A stretch of 64,000 nt of DNA, taken from positions 45,448,001 through 45,512,000 of the forward strand of contig NC_045697.1 of the NCBI RefSeq assembly GCF_009834535.1, given 5' to 3'. Position numbers and translations under genes: made by a program. Every line of letters begins with the position of its first letter. The first letter of the stretch is position 1. This document shows positions 52,218-64,000 of the stretch, piece by piece. The stretch comes from Camelus ferus (lineage: Eukaryota). The notes beneath the pieces were generated by a model that was not told the DNA's origin, searched no databases, and saw nothing but the letters and a program-made list of their open reading frames with translations.

Positions 52218-53954
52218 CAGGAGTAATTTTATAAACTGGATAAATATCACAGCAAGGATCAGACATTTTTAGTCTTTTGCTCTTTCCTTTATACAGTAGT
52301 GAACTCAGTGGTGTGAGAGCTGAGAGCTCTGGCTTTTAAATCAGAGATTACCGAGAAATATTCCTATAAATTTGGCCAGTGTCACAGGAGCATCTTATGT
52401 GAGGCAGAGCCTACTGGTTACCAGCATTGGTGAAAGGAGACTCACCTTGACTCAAGGACTGACTCAGTCACTTATTAACTATATAACTTTGGGAGAAAAA
52501 GTTCCATTTTTCATTCACAAAATGGAAGAGTGCCTTCTTCTCCTGTCGTCAGAATTAAATGAGATGTGTGTAAATCCATTCCTAAGGGGTCCGGTAAGTG
52601 TTTCTTCAGGACAAATTATTATTATTGCTGTTAGTGCTGGTGTTGACCATAAAACAAGGATTACACCTTCTTCTACCTGCCTCACAAAGTTAAGGGTGCA
52701 GGATGAGGGTAGATAAGCAAGACCGTATAGCTCCATGTTCAGAGAACATAGATAAAAAAATGAGCCACGCTTTCAAAACTGTCCTAAAGAATTAATGCTG
52801 TTGTGGAGCTTGTCTAAAGTTTATGACATTACATGGGTTTAACTTGAATTCTTCTGTAGAGTTTGACCAAATGACTGAAACTGGCCAACTGTATTTCCAA
52901 TTCTTCAAATGCAGAAATGAAGGTAACAGAAGAGGCGACTGATTAGTAAGGGCAGAAGTTGGTTCTTGCTCTTGAGATCATCGAATGAGCTAATGGTAAG
53001 GCTGAGGTTGGACTCAAGAATCCCCGGTCCCAGGATTGGTCACCAGAGCCTGAGCCCTCCTCCGTGCACTTGTTTCACATACATATTTGTTTCAGAAACA
53101 TACACGCAATCGTGAAATTATGTTCTTGATCAAAACCATATTTCAGAAAAAAATAAAACATTTAAAAAAGATCTGGAAACTTATAATGAGTTCATTGAGT
53201 CCCCAAGTACGAGGGAAGTGCAGTGAGACACATATTTTACTCATTTCTAACATTGTGTGAAGGAAAAGGAGGAAACTGCCATTTGTGCACATTTGTATAA
53301 TCCATGACACCAGGATAATATTATACAGACCTCTATAACAAAGCCACGCATCAGGCTTGTTCAGAGACTCCAGCTTTAATTCATACCAATCACCAGAGCA
53401 TATACTTTTACCCAGATGGAAGTTTAAAATGGAAGGAAGAGAAGTCACTCTGTTCTAAGTATGTGGCAATCGGATGGTTGCCAAACGAACACACTGGCTG
53501 GGAAGAAATGAACTCAGAGGGATGTGGGTGGTAGAGTCTTACTGGGGAAACCAGTCCGGCTCCTTTCCCCCACATTTTGCTTGCAAATATTGCCTTCTTT
53601 CAAACATTTTTCCAGATACCTTGTGATCTGCTGTTAACTAGACTCCACTTTGTGTCTAACCTTCAATATCTTCTCATAAATGTCTCAGAATCTGCCACGC
53701 TGTCTCTTTGGGTGGTTTAATTTTAATTCAGTGCCTTAATTTAAGTCAAAGCCCTGTGATCCAGGTTCAGCTCCACCACACCCAACAGCTGTCCTCAGGC
53801 AAATTACCTAAACTCTTTAAGTCTCAGTTTGCTCATCTGTAAAATGAGCCCAATAGTATCAATGGCAGAATCATTGTGAGAATTAATTGGAAGAATATAG
53901 GTAATACATATCACACATAAGAAAAATCTCAATGAATGTCAGCTAAGTCGAATG

Positions 53955-54995
53955 GTAATGTCCAATATGATAGCAACTAATCACTTAAGTTTGAATTGAG
54001 ATGTGCTGTAAGTGTAAAATACACAGTGTATTTCAAAGACTTAGCACAGAATGAGCGTACAATATTACATTAATATATTTTATATTAATTATGTATTGAA
54101 GTGATAATATTCGGATACACTGGGTTAAATATTGTGATAATGTGACTTTTAATGAAAAATATATATTTGGCCTTCATCCCTGTTTGTGGCACAGATCCTA
54201 AAACCCTTGGAATTGCCTAAGTGATGAGAGCCAGAAATGTCTTCTGTTATGTTACTCAGGTGACTTTTGGAGGCCACCTAAGAGTGGGGGCTGGTTGCCG
54301 GGGGAACCAATCCTGTGACTAGAGCGCTGGCACTTTCAGCTCCACCCCCTAACCTCTGGTGTGGGGAAAGGTGCTGGAGGCTGAATTAATCACCAATGGC
54401 CAATGATTTCATAAGCCATGCCTGCATAATGAAGCCACCATAAAACCTTACAAAAAAACAAGCTTTGAAGAGCTTCCGGGTTGGAGAACACGTGGAAATT
54501 GGGGAGAGCAGTGCACCCACAAAGGGCGTGGAAGCGTCAAGCCCTTCCCCCTACCTTGCCCTGTGCATCGCTTTTATCTGGCTGTTCCTGAGTGATAGCC
54601 TTTTATACTAAACTGGTAAACTAGTGAGCAAATGGGTTGCCTGAGTTCTGTGAGCCACCCTAGTAAATTAATCAGAGCCAGGGAGGGGGTTGCGGGAACC
54701 TCCAATCCTCAGCCAGTTGGTCAGAAGCACTGAAAACAACCTGGGTTTGGAATTGGCGCCTGAGGTGGAGGGCAGTCTTGTGGGACTGAGCCCTTTACCT
54801 ATGGGATTTGATGTCTGGGTAGACAGTGTTAGAACTGAGGTGAATTCTCGGACACCCTGCTGGTAATACATTATTGAAATTAATTTCACATTTGGCTTTT
54901 CATATTTTTTAATGTGGTTACTAAAATTTTAAAATTACATATGTGGGTCACATCTGTGGCTCAAATTTAATTTTTCTTGGACAGTGGTGGTCTAG
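53955..54995. mobile_element. MER33-like transposon split by a MER21-like LTR
   Basis: TGTCCAATATGATAGCAAC...GAATTGAGATGTGCTGTAAGTGTAAAATACAC...GGGTTAAAT | ...TTATTGAAATTAATTTCAC...TTGGACAGTG. Confidence 0.7.
54133..54864 (+). mobile_element. MER21-like ERVL LTR
   Basis: TGTGATAATGTG...CCTAAAACCCTTGGAAT...GGGGCTGGTTGCC...ATCACCAATGGCCAATGATTT...GGACACCCTGCTGGT; flanks AATAT / AATAC. Confidence 0.78.
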
Positions 54996-56301
54996 AATGA
55001 CCACCAGTTTTGTGCTCATATAGTCCAAAAGGAAAGGAAAAAAGCATTTTTTTTTCTAAATGCAGTGAAGAATTAGGAATTTCTTAAACATGCATATGCA
55101 AACCAAAAATAAATTGGGCAAAAGATTATTTTTTGGAATGCAACATACCTTCCTTTACCAAGAACATATTAGATAAAGATAATTTTGGCAATTGCTTTTA
55201 AATTTTCCCTCCAGCTGTAGCTAATTGATTCAATCTGCAATCAAAAGTCTAAGACCAACTAACTGCTCTAAAATAGAGTTAAATGGGCAGTTGAGTAATA
55301 GTGCTTTATGGTATAGTGATTCTATATGTAGTTTCAGTTGTGTTATTTGTGTATTACACACACACAGCCACTACAAGCAACGATGAACAGGAGCTAAAGC
55401 AAAATAAATGTTTTTTGCGATTGAACACCTATTAGGTGCTGGACCCTTGGCTGGGTCTTAGGGCTGCCTAGTGGCCACTGTTGTCCAGACTGGGGCTGGG
55501 GAAAAAGATTAAGAATTAATATGCAGGTAGCTATGCCGTGATGATGCTCCTTACTGTCAAAGGTATTAATTATGTCCTTGGAGCACAGAGGAGGAAGCAA
55601 TTAACTTTCCCCAAGCAAGAGGAAGAGGAACACAGAGGGAAGATGTAACCTGTGAACCAGACTTTAAAGAATGAGGGGAAAAGGATGTGTTGGGTGTAGG
55701 CAGTGCTGACACCTGGAAGCTTTTGCATACGTAATATTGTCAATGTTTCAAACAGAAACTTATAAAAATATCCCAAATTAACTTAGTTATTTGAAGTCCT
55801 TATCGACATCAAACCTGCCTAACTTCAGAAAAGAAATGGCCAATTCATGTTTAGCTCCTAACTAAAGGTGTTATATCACGCCCAGCACAAGCGCTGTTTC
55901 CACCTGGGTGAGGGGACCCATGACCTCTGCCTGACCTACATCTCCCTCCTCCTTGCCTTTTTTAAAACAATGAGCTAGAAGTCTCAACCATTCCACAAAA
56001 CTTGCCCTGACGTCTCTAATCCATACTTTATTTTTACCCACTCTGACTTTAAAGCATTTCATTTCTGTGCAAGTCAATGCTCTTCCCCCCACCACCCCAC
56101 CACCAAAGCCACCAAATAGTATTTACAGTGGACAAAAACAGCGGTGAGGGAGAGGGAGTTGTCTGAATTTGAGTAAGTGAGGCTAGAGGAATCAATAGGA
56201 ATAAGATAAATACTTCCCTGCAAGTTGAATTATGTGGTAATATTATCCAACTACTCTAGTGCTTTATTAATTTTTTAGATTTTATATTAATACAACTTAT
56301 C

Positions 56302-56420
56302 ATTTTTCTTTTTCTTAAACATTTTTTATTGAGTATTAGTCATTTTACAATGTTGTGTCAAATTCCAGTGTAGAGTGCAATTTTTCAGTTATACATGAAC
56401 ATACATATATTCATTGTCAC
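56302..56420 (-). mobile_element. Very short L1 3' end
   Basis: T-tail, then TTTATTGAGTATTAGTCATTTTACAATGTTGTGTCAAATTCCAGTGTAG...CAGTTATACATGAACATAC. Confidence 0.75.
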
Positions 56421-57341
56421 GTTGCGAACATAACTTTTCAAATAGGTCTCTTCTCATATACTGAAGAACAGGAGTTTGGCAATAGCCTTTCTCTCTTCCC
56501 CATGAATAGCATTGATTTATCTAAGGAGAAGATATTGATACTGAAATACCAGTGAGTAAAAAAATGCTTTTGTGTTCACTACTTCTATTCTGAAATATTC
56601 TGATACTTCCCTATTTGGAATCATTGGATCAGAACATGGAGGTATACTTTCTGATTAATAAGAACAAACTGATACAATACTAATATTTAAAAAAAAACAC
56701 AGTGGGTGTTATCAGGTTACAAAACAATAGCTTGTATATTTTTAGGCTGTTTGTAGTTTACATCTACTAGAAAACATTAACGTGTGCCACACCAATCCAA
56801 TTGTATCTAGAGTGGCATGCTTAATTCTGGGTGCTCTCATTTTAACTACTTTTTGACACAGAAGAGAGCAACTAGGAAAGTAACCAAGAAGTTGGCCTTA
56901 AAATTCTCTCTTACAAATTTGAGCTGAATAAATAGAAAATGCATGGCTTGGAGGAAGGGAAAAAAAAAAAAAGATTAAGCAGGGACATAAGAATTGTTTG
57001 CAAATGCTGGAGGGGCTGCAGAGAGATTCAGAGAGATCAGTTTTTCTTTCAGTGTCAAAGATAAGAATTAAGTCTAGAGGTGACAGTTGAATGCAGTCAG
57101 AATCCAGGTCAACGTAGGTAATGACTTTCTAAGTGTCCAGCCTGATGGTGAGACCCCTCTGTGGGAACAGGCAGACAGGAGACAGGTGGTCATAATTCAA
57201 GACTGTTACAGGAGGATCACTTTATGGGAGGGGAGGCATGAAAGGTGAACGAGATAACTTCTCAGATTCCTTGCAAGGAACTACAGTAGACTTTATTCCC
57301 AGCTCTTCACGAAGAATGTATTTGATGTCAAAATATAACTA

Positions 57342-57357
57342 CCAATAGGTGGCGCTG
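57342..57357 (+). promoter_or_regulatory. Candidate CTCF site in BMP3 intron 1
   Basis: CCAATAGGTGGCGCTG is one mismatch from CCACTAGGTGGCGCTG and lies in a locally CpG-retaining segment. Confidence 0.55.
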
Positions 57358-59590
57358 TTCTCTTACTGTTTGCCGGCAGCAGCCCGAGCGTGGATTTTCT
57401 TTGCTGAGACTACACCTACAGCTGTCAAGCTGCGATGAACCGCTGTCGGCATTACAGTCTTATTTTGAATTTTCTGGAGTCATAATATCAGTGAAATAAA
57501 AGTGGGTTTAGAAGTCAGGTAAGTTTCGGAACAAGACACCCTTTCCTTTGCACAGCTGTTAGGACTTTGCAGCGGCTGCCACTTCTTGAAATGCCTTCAT
57601 CCAGCCTAGTTCTCCTGGAATGTCTAGATTTGGTTTTTAAAGCAAAGCAGAGGCAAACTTGTCATGGTAGCCCACTCCCTTGGATCAGACCCTGCCTCTA
57701 TTGCTCTTTTCATCATCTTTGTTCCTTCCATAAATTCCTTAAAGACAAAGCCTTGTAGTGATGACATCATACTCTTCTACCCCCAGTGTGGGGCTTAACT
57801 CTTCAGCGGTGCTCAATAAACGCTTCTTTTATGAATAAACAGATTTAGTCCAACCTATTCATTGTAGAAATACAAAAATGAAGGACCATAAAAGTCAGCC
57901 AGCCAGTATGCACTGATTTTGGAGAGGAACCCAGCCCAGGTCTTCTATTACCCATACAGATGGGTTTTTTTTTTTTTTTTTTGAGTTTGATTATTAGATA
58001 AAGGTAGGAGATTTATTGCTGTTTTCATCCGAAAAGAAAGCACCTGCACCTCATGAAACAGAGGACTCAGCAAGGAGACCGTGACTTGGGCCCAGCCATC
58101 CTATTGCAACAGTTCGGTTCCTCTCAAGGAGTAGCCGAGGCAGTGCCCAGGGAGTGGTAAGTGGAAGTTCACCTTCGTGCCGGCCCACACAGAACGTTTT
58201 CAAAGGGAAATAGAACGTACAATGGAAAGCTTTCTATGTAAAGTCTGACTTTAAAACAAATAGACTAAATGAAATCTTGATGATTAGTTAAATCCCCAGG
58301 AAGCAGGGAAAACATTTTAGTCATACAGAAAATATGTAACTAAGAACAACTCTTTTTCCACCTCTTTCTCCAAACAAAGCACAGCTGCTGGAAATGCCAG
58401 GGGTGCCTAGGACAGGGCCACATACACCTGGAGCCACTGGCTGAATGCTTGCTGCTTGGCGGAGTCAAGGCTGCAGCTTCTATCTGCCACCTTCAGCTTC
58501 TAGACAAACGCAAGACAGAGATATTCTAAATAGAGCACAAAGTCACAGAATTTTGTTTTTCTTGTGGAGTCCCAGTCAAATGACTTGAGTTTTATGGGAT
58601 CTCAAAACAACCAGTCTCTATGTCCAAAGTAAGACATGGCCAAAGATGATATAATGTACTCTTTTCTAGAACAGCAAAATATTCATTAATCAGTTTATCT
58701 ACTCTTAGCCTCCACCCAAGGGCATTCCTAGACTGTGAGCTCTCAGAGGGCAGACCTATGTTCTAATAAATCTTTGAACTCCTAGGCCTTTGCACAGTCT
58801 GGGGCATTGATCTTCTGAAAAATATTTGTTAAGTGTGTCAAATGAGCAACTGTGTAAACTTAACCAGATTCTAAAGTGTTTCCTACTTAACACCAAACTG
58901 AAAAAACTTTCAAGAAGTTTCAAGTTCCCAAAGTCAGCAAAAGGCCTTCTTGGGTATAAGCACTGTTTGGAGTTTCCTTTCCGTTCATCAGAGAAAAAGC
59001 ATCACTAGAACAGTGGTATATGAAGTAGAACAGTGCTGTCATACAATATATATGTGATAAAATGCCTCCTGGGAAATCCTTTCATGGCAAGTTTATTTTT
59101 AAAGCATCCTTTGCCTGGCTGGTAGCTTTTCTACTAGCTTTTTTTTTTTTTTTTAACTATCTTTTCTTATCTAGTCCCTTGAACATCTAATTCAGCTCAA
59201 CTGAAGTATTTCTCGAGTGCCTACTGTGTGGTAAACTATGCCAGGTTCTCAGAATACAAGCATGAAATGAGATATGCTCTTTGCTCTCCAGAGACTTGGC
59301 CCCCGCTCCATCATCCTCTTTCTAGCAAAACTATCAGGCCCCAAACTCACTGCAGCTGTGAAAGAAGGGTAAGACATCTTTATTAACTTACTTTTGAACT
59401 TCTCCCCAGGGCAAAACTGCCATAAAGACATTAATATACCTTCCAAAGTGAAAGAAACTTGCCCTTATGTAAATTAACCATTTGTCCATGGAGAGGCCCA
59501 CTGAAAGGGCCAGATGAGACGTTAGTCAATCGTAGATTTCGGACGCTAGTTATAAGATAGTCAGAGCTCCGGGGACCTGAGCTCAGAGCA

Positions 59591-59762
59591 CAGTGTCTCA
59601 GACATGCATCAGCATCACCCTGATGGCTTGTGAAAGCAGGGGATTCTGTGCCTCACCCTCAGTGTGTGATTCAGATAGCTGGGGTGGTGGGCTGGAGAAG
59701 TTCTAGCAAGTTCCCAGGTGATGCTGATGCTGCTAATCCAGGGACCAGACTTTGAGAACAAA
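59591..59762. mobile_element. MER5A DNA transposon
   Basis: ATGCATCAGCATCACC...TTCTAGCAAGTTCCCAGGTGATGCTGATGCTGCT...GGACCAGACTTTGAGAAC. Confidence 0.75.
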
Positions 59763-61587
59763 TAACCTCAAGAAATCACTATGAAAAGTGTGATCCTGCT
59801 CCACTCAGCCACCAAGGTCAGGACAGAAATGGTAACTTCTCGAACGCAGGTTTGGGATATCACACCTTTAAGAGGACTACCACCTTTTCATTTTACATTG
59901 CCTCCCAGACACAGCCTTTGTGCTACAAACAACTGCACACTATTAAGATTTTTAGGTGTGTTTAAGGTTTTGAAGGAAGCTAGAGAGATAATCTCTAAAA
60001 TACTAAGAATATCTCCTTTACGTGGGGCTTCTAAGCTTTTAATGAATTTTCACATTCATTTTCTCAATTAGGTTTCACCATCTTCCTGTGAGACCAGCAC
60101 AGTAGATATGGTTTAACACATCTGACAGAGGAAGAAACTAGGTCTAGTACCATTAGATGACTTTATTAGTAAGCAGTTCAGCCAAGATGAGCATTTGGAT
60201 CTCTTAATGCTTACTCAGCTTCAGGTAATAGAAAAATCGAAACTCTAGGAATCTCTTCTCTTCTTGAAAACAATTTATCTTAACCCATGCCTAAGTGCAG
60301 CAATTACACTCAATTCAAACAGTATCTGGATTAATTCCATGCAATTAAATTAAATTTTTCTTTGGAGGAAAAGCAAATAAGATCATGTTGGACCTCTGTA
60401 GTTTTAACTATAAAGTCAGAGGACTGAGGAAAGAACCTTTTATTTCTAAAACAACTGGATGCAAATGATTTTATCTAAGGAATATTTAACATTTACTCAC
60501 TATAACATTTAATATTTAATAATAATGTTTAACTTGACTCACTTGATAAAGTAAGAAGAACATACTGAAGTTGCTAATACAGTAGGATCAGTTTGTCCAA
60601 ACACCTTTATTCATAGTGTGCCCAAATGTGGTTCTATTGTCAAGAAAAGATGGATCTTAAAGGAAGGTAGATCATTGAAGGAGTCAGTAAAACACCATAG
60701 TCAATTGGCTTTATGACTTACATGTGACTATTTTAGATAAATAGACATCCATGCCTTTAATAAAATTATCCCTGAAAATGCGTGTTGCCAACAGTATTGC
60801 TTTATGTACCAATACTCTAGTACAACCAATACTAACATGTGAACAGACCAGCAATTTTATGGATTTCTCAATATATTCCATAGATGGGGGCTCTTTAGTC
60901 ACACTGCCATGGTTTATTACTGTCCAGATATCATCCTGGTATACTTGTGTCACTTGATTGATACTATGTCAATGTTTCCATTACAAAATTCTTTTTTCAT
61001 GAATTCATAACATAGTCATAAAATTCACTATGACTAGAAACTTGGCCTTGGAAGGTTCAAGCTGAGACTATTTGTGATGCCAGACTTCTTTCCACTATAC
61101 CACTTAAATAAAATTATTAAGATACTGATTCCTAGGACATTCAAATTGAATAGATGGGAAAAGCATCAAAATTTTGGGAGAAAAGTTCTGATGCGAGAGC
61201 ACAAAAATCCTGACGAGCAAATACAAAGTATATGCAAAGTTGCTCAGTAATTTTCACTAGGTTTTTGATAGGCATGGCTTTTATTCTATCTAATGAATCC
61301 AACAAACAATGGAGATTTTATAAAGGATTTGATAGATGTCTAAAACCAAGGGATGAATGATGATAAAATATTAACAAAGTAATGTGTGTGATTTCTAGTT
61401 AATTTTTCCACAAATAAAATAGCTCTTCTTTTAAAAGGGTAAAACTAGATGTCAAATAAAAAATATTAATCCTATAGAAGAAAACAATGAAGGAAAATTC
61501 ATAAAGAAACAGGCAAAATAAAATTAGTGACAGAAAGTCTAAAATTAGATTCAGAGAAGTTTGAGACAAGAAAGCAGGAAGATGGAA

Positions 61588-61854
61588 CAGTCGCCCTTTG
61601 GTATCCACAGGGAACTGGCTGCAGGACCCCTACGGAGACCAAAATCCACAGGTGCTTTAAGTCCCTCATATAAAGTGGCATAGTATTTGCATATGGCCTA
61701 CACACAGCCTCCCGTATACTTTAAATCATCTCTAAATTATTATGATTTGGCAAAATCAACTTTTGCTTTTTGGAAATTTCTAGAAATGTTTTTTCCTGAA
61801 TATTTTCAATCTCTAATTGGATCTGTAGAACCCAGGGATATTGAGGGCCAACTG
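61588..61854. mobile_element. MER2-like Tigger MITE
   Basis: CAGTCGCCCTTTGGTATCC ... GGATATTGAGGGCCAACTG|TA terminal inverted repeats; internal GTATTTGCATAT...ACTTTAAATCATCTCTA. Confidence 0.78.
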
Positions 61855-64000
61855 TACAATGCCAGCTGGACTCAAGTCCAAAAGGTAACAATGTAAGTAA
61901 ACACCCTGAGATGGGTACTAAATGGGAGATGAGAAGGGAGATAGTTTTCAGCTGTAATATTCACTTGATTTTTGCATACTTTCTTCCTTGAGAAATTAGG
62001 AAGACTCTGAAGCAGTGTTACCCCAAACAGGTATTTTAGAATCACATTTCTCTGAAATGCTCTCTCAGAGAGAAAGTGATCCACTCTTAAGCAGATTCAC
62101 TAGTGTTTAAAGGCCCTGAAAGGTCCCAAAGCAAAGAAAACCGTTCATTTTTTCTCCAGCTTATTTGACCATGGAATGCAATTTTATGTAACACCTGTTA
62201 ACATTTTCTAAAGACCCTCTTTTATAAAAGTTTCTCTTAGAAAATTAGATCAGATTATTAGAAATAATAGGTTTTGAGATGAGTTCAGTATGTTTGAAAA
62301 ATTGTCTGGCAAAAATATCCTGATGCCCATTTCTTCCATTTATATACAAGGTTGGACTTGCTTTCTTTAAAGCCTCTTCCAAATACAAAATTATGTAATT
62401 CCAAAATGCTTAAGAGCAGGTTTGATATTCACAGCCCTATTTAATTTTTAGAAAAATCTGAAGTGGCTCAATCAAGTGCTTATAAACTTCCACTGATTAG
62501 ATAAAATGTCTGTAACTCTTTTAATATTTTCTGAATTTTATATATATATATATATACACACACACACAAATATTCCCTGAGTGAATTATCTGCTTAGGGG
62601 ATTTTTTTCATTGACCCCCATGGTTTCTTGGTCTCTTTGAGTATGTCTAACTATGCTAAAAAGCTAAATTGAAATTATTTTCTTATGTAACTCATTTTCT
62701 TTCTCCTTTCCATTAGCATAGATAATCAAGAATTCATGGTATTATGGATTTTTAAACGTCAGAGATTGTAAAGCTGTCTTGTCTATTACAGTAAAAACTT
62801 CATTAAGGGCTATCAAGTATTCAAAGTAGAGTGTAATTCAAAGCAGCTGCACATCCAGCTCCCCATCTCCAGATGTACTATTGTCCTTTGAATAAACACA
62901 TCAGATAATCTAATGCTCTTTAATTTTAAGCCTCATTTCTAGGTGCCAGAAATTTTAAGGTAATTCTGTTTTAGTAAAGTTATTATATCCCCTTGCCATC
63001 AAACCCATCAAAAATGATGTGTTCCCATGCATTTCACAGGGCTGGCTCCTACTGGAATGATTATTCAGCCCTCAGTTATATCTTTCCCAAATGTATATAT
63101 ATTTTAGCCTTGTACTTTAGAAACATGTCAAATGATAGTTATTCATTTTTAAAGATTTTTGGTCATAGAAGGAAAGACTCTCCCCTTTCTCACTGAGGGA
63201 AAATATTCACATTTGAGTCCATCTTTCCTCAAATTTCTTTTCTTTTTATCTATGAAGTCTGTGTGGTTTTTTAAAAAGGTGACACATATCCACTGAAATG
63301 CAATCTTTTTGTAGTTATATGCCGAAAATTAAAATAATGGTAGTTTCCTAATAAGAACACATGTGCTCTAATCACTGTTCCTAAATAGGTTAAATTCATG
63401 ATTAAGAAAAATAAGATTAAGTGACTATGGGAATGATGAGAAACTAATGAACACAAAGTATGTATCTTAAAGGATCGAGCCAGGAGAAAACCTCATGTAA
63501 AATATTCTTTTTTTTTTATTATTATTACATAGAAGCCAAGGACAACTTAAACTAAGATGAAAATAAAAGCTGATTTCATATTCCTCTTGTCTTCCTTCAA
63601 GACGTTGTGTTTTTCTACAGCTGAACTTCTCTGTCATCAATAATTTTGTAAATTACCTTTTACAAAGGGAAAGATAAAACCTTTCTTTATGTAAACCCTC
63701 ACACATCACAAAAAGACTCAGGAGCGCTCCAAACTTACGGTTTTGGCAAACCAACAGCATAGCGTTGAGGGAGGAGAAAAGGGTTAGCAGAAAGTGTATT
63801 TAGGATGAATGCCACCCACCATCAAGTAATAGTTTAAGTAGAAAGTAATCAGAGGGAGACCACAGCAGCTGAATTTCAACCAAAGATATTCTAGGTTCAG
63901 AACAATAAATAATTTTAATCAGGTATGTTCCAAGGAGCAAATAGGGCTCTAAGCCTCTAACTCAGCCTGGGTAAGCACTGGGAAAGTCTGCCGGAGCAGC

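Noticed and set aside
52230..64000. BMP3 exon 1 / promoter
   Set aside because: No signal-peptide exon or CpG island found; exon 1 probably lies beyond position 64000.

Overview
Mammalian genomic DNA, most likely a camelid (inferred from a Vic-1-like tRNA-derived SINE and cetartiodactyl-type L1 3' ends). It is the convergent PRKG2-BMP3 locus. The last four coding exons of PRKG2 (cGMP-dependent protein kinase II) lie on the + strand (928-11161). They splice in frame and are missed by the ORF track. BMP3 exons 2 and 3 lie on the - strand (50055-50966, 42537-42728); exon 1 was not found and is probably beyond the window end. The main anomaly is a +1 frameshift in BMP3 exon 2 (GAC-T-GGG at about 50346). 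It would give a premature stop before the whole cystine-knot domain, although the gene is otherwise intact, so it is either a null allele or a consensus error. The rest is introns and intergenic DNA: a full-length RPL39 retrocopy inside an MLT1 LTR, a solo LTR with 8 CCAAT boxes, 2 octamers and a TATA box pointing at the BMP3 3' end, a twin-primed L1, nested transposons, microsatellites and candidate CTCF/MEF2 sites. I see no evidence of a new multi-gene system. Repeat family names and orthologue comparisons are from memory and need RepeatMasker/BLAST confirmation.
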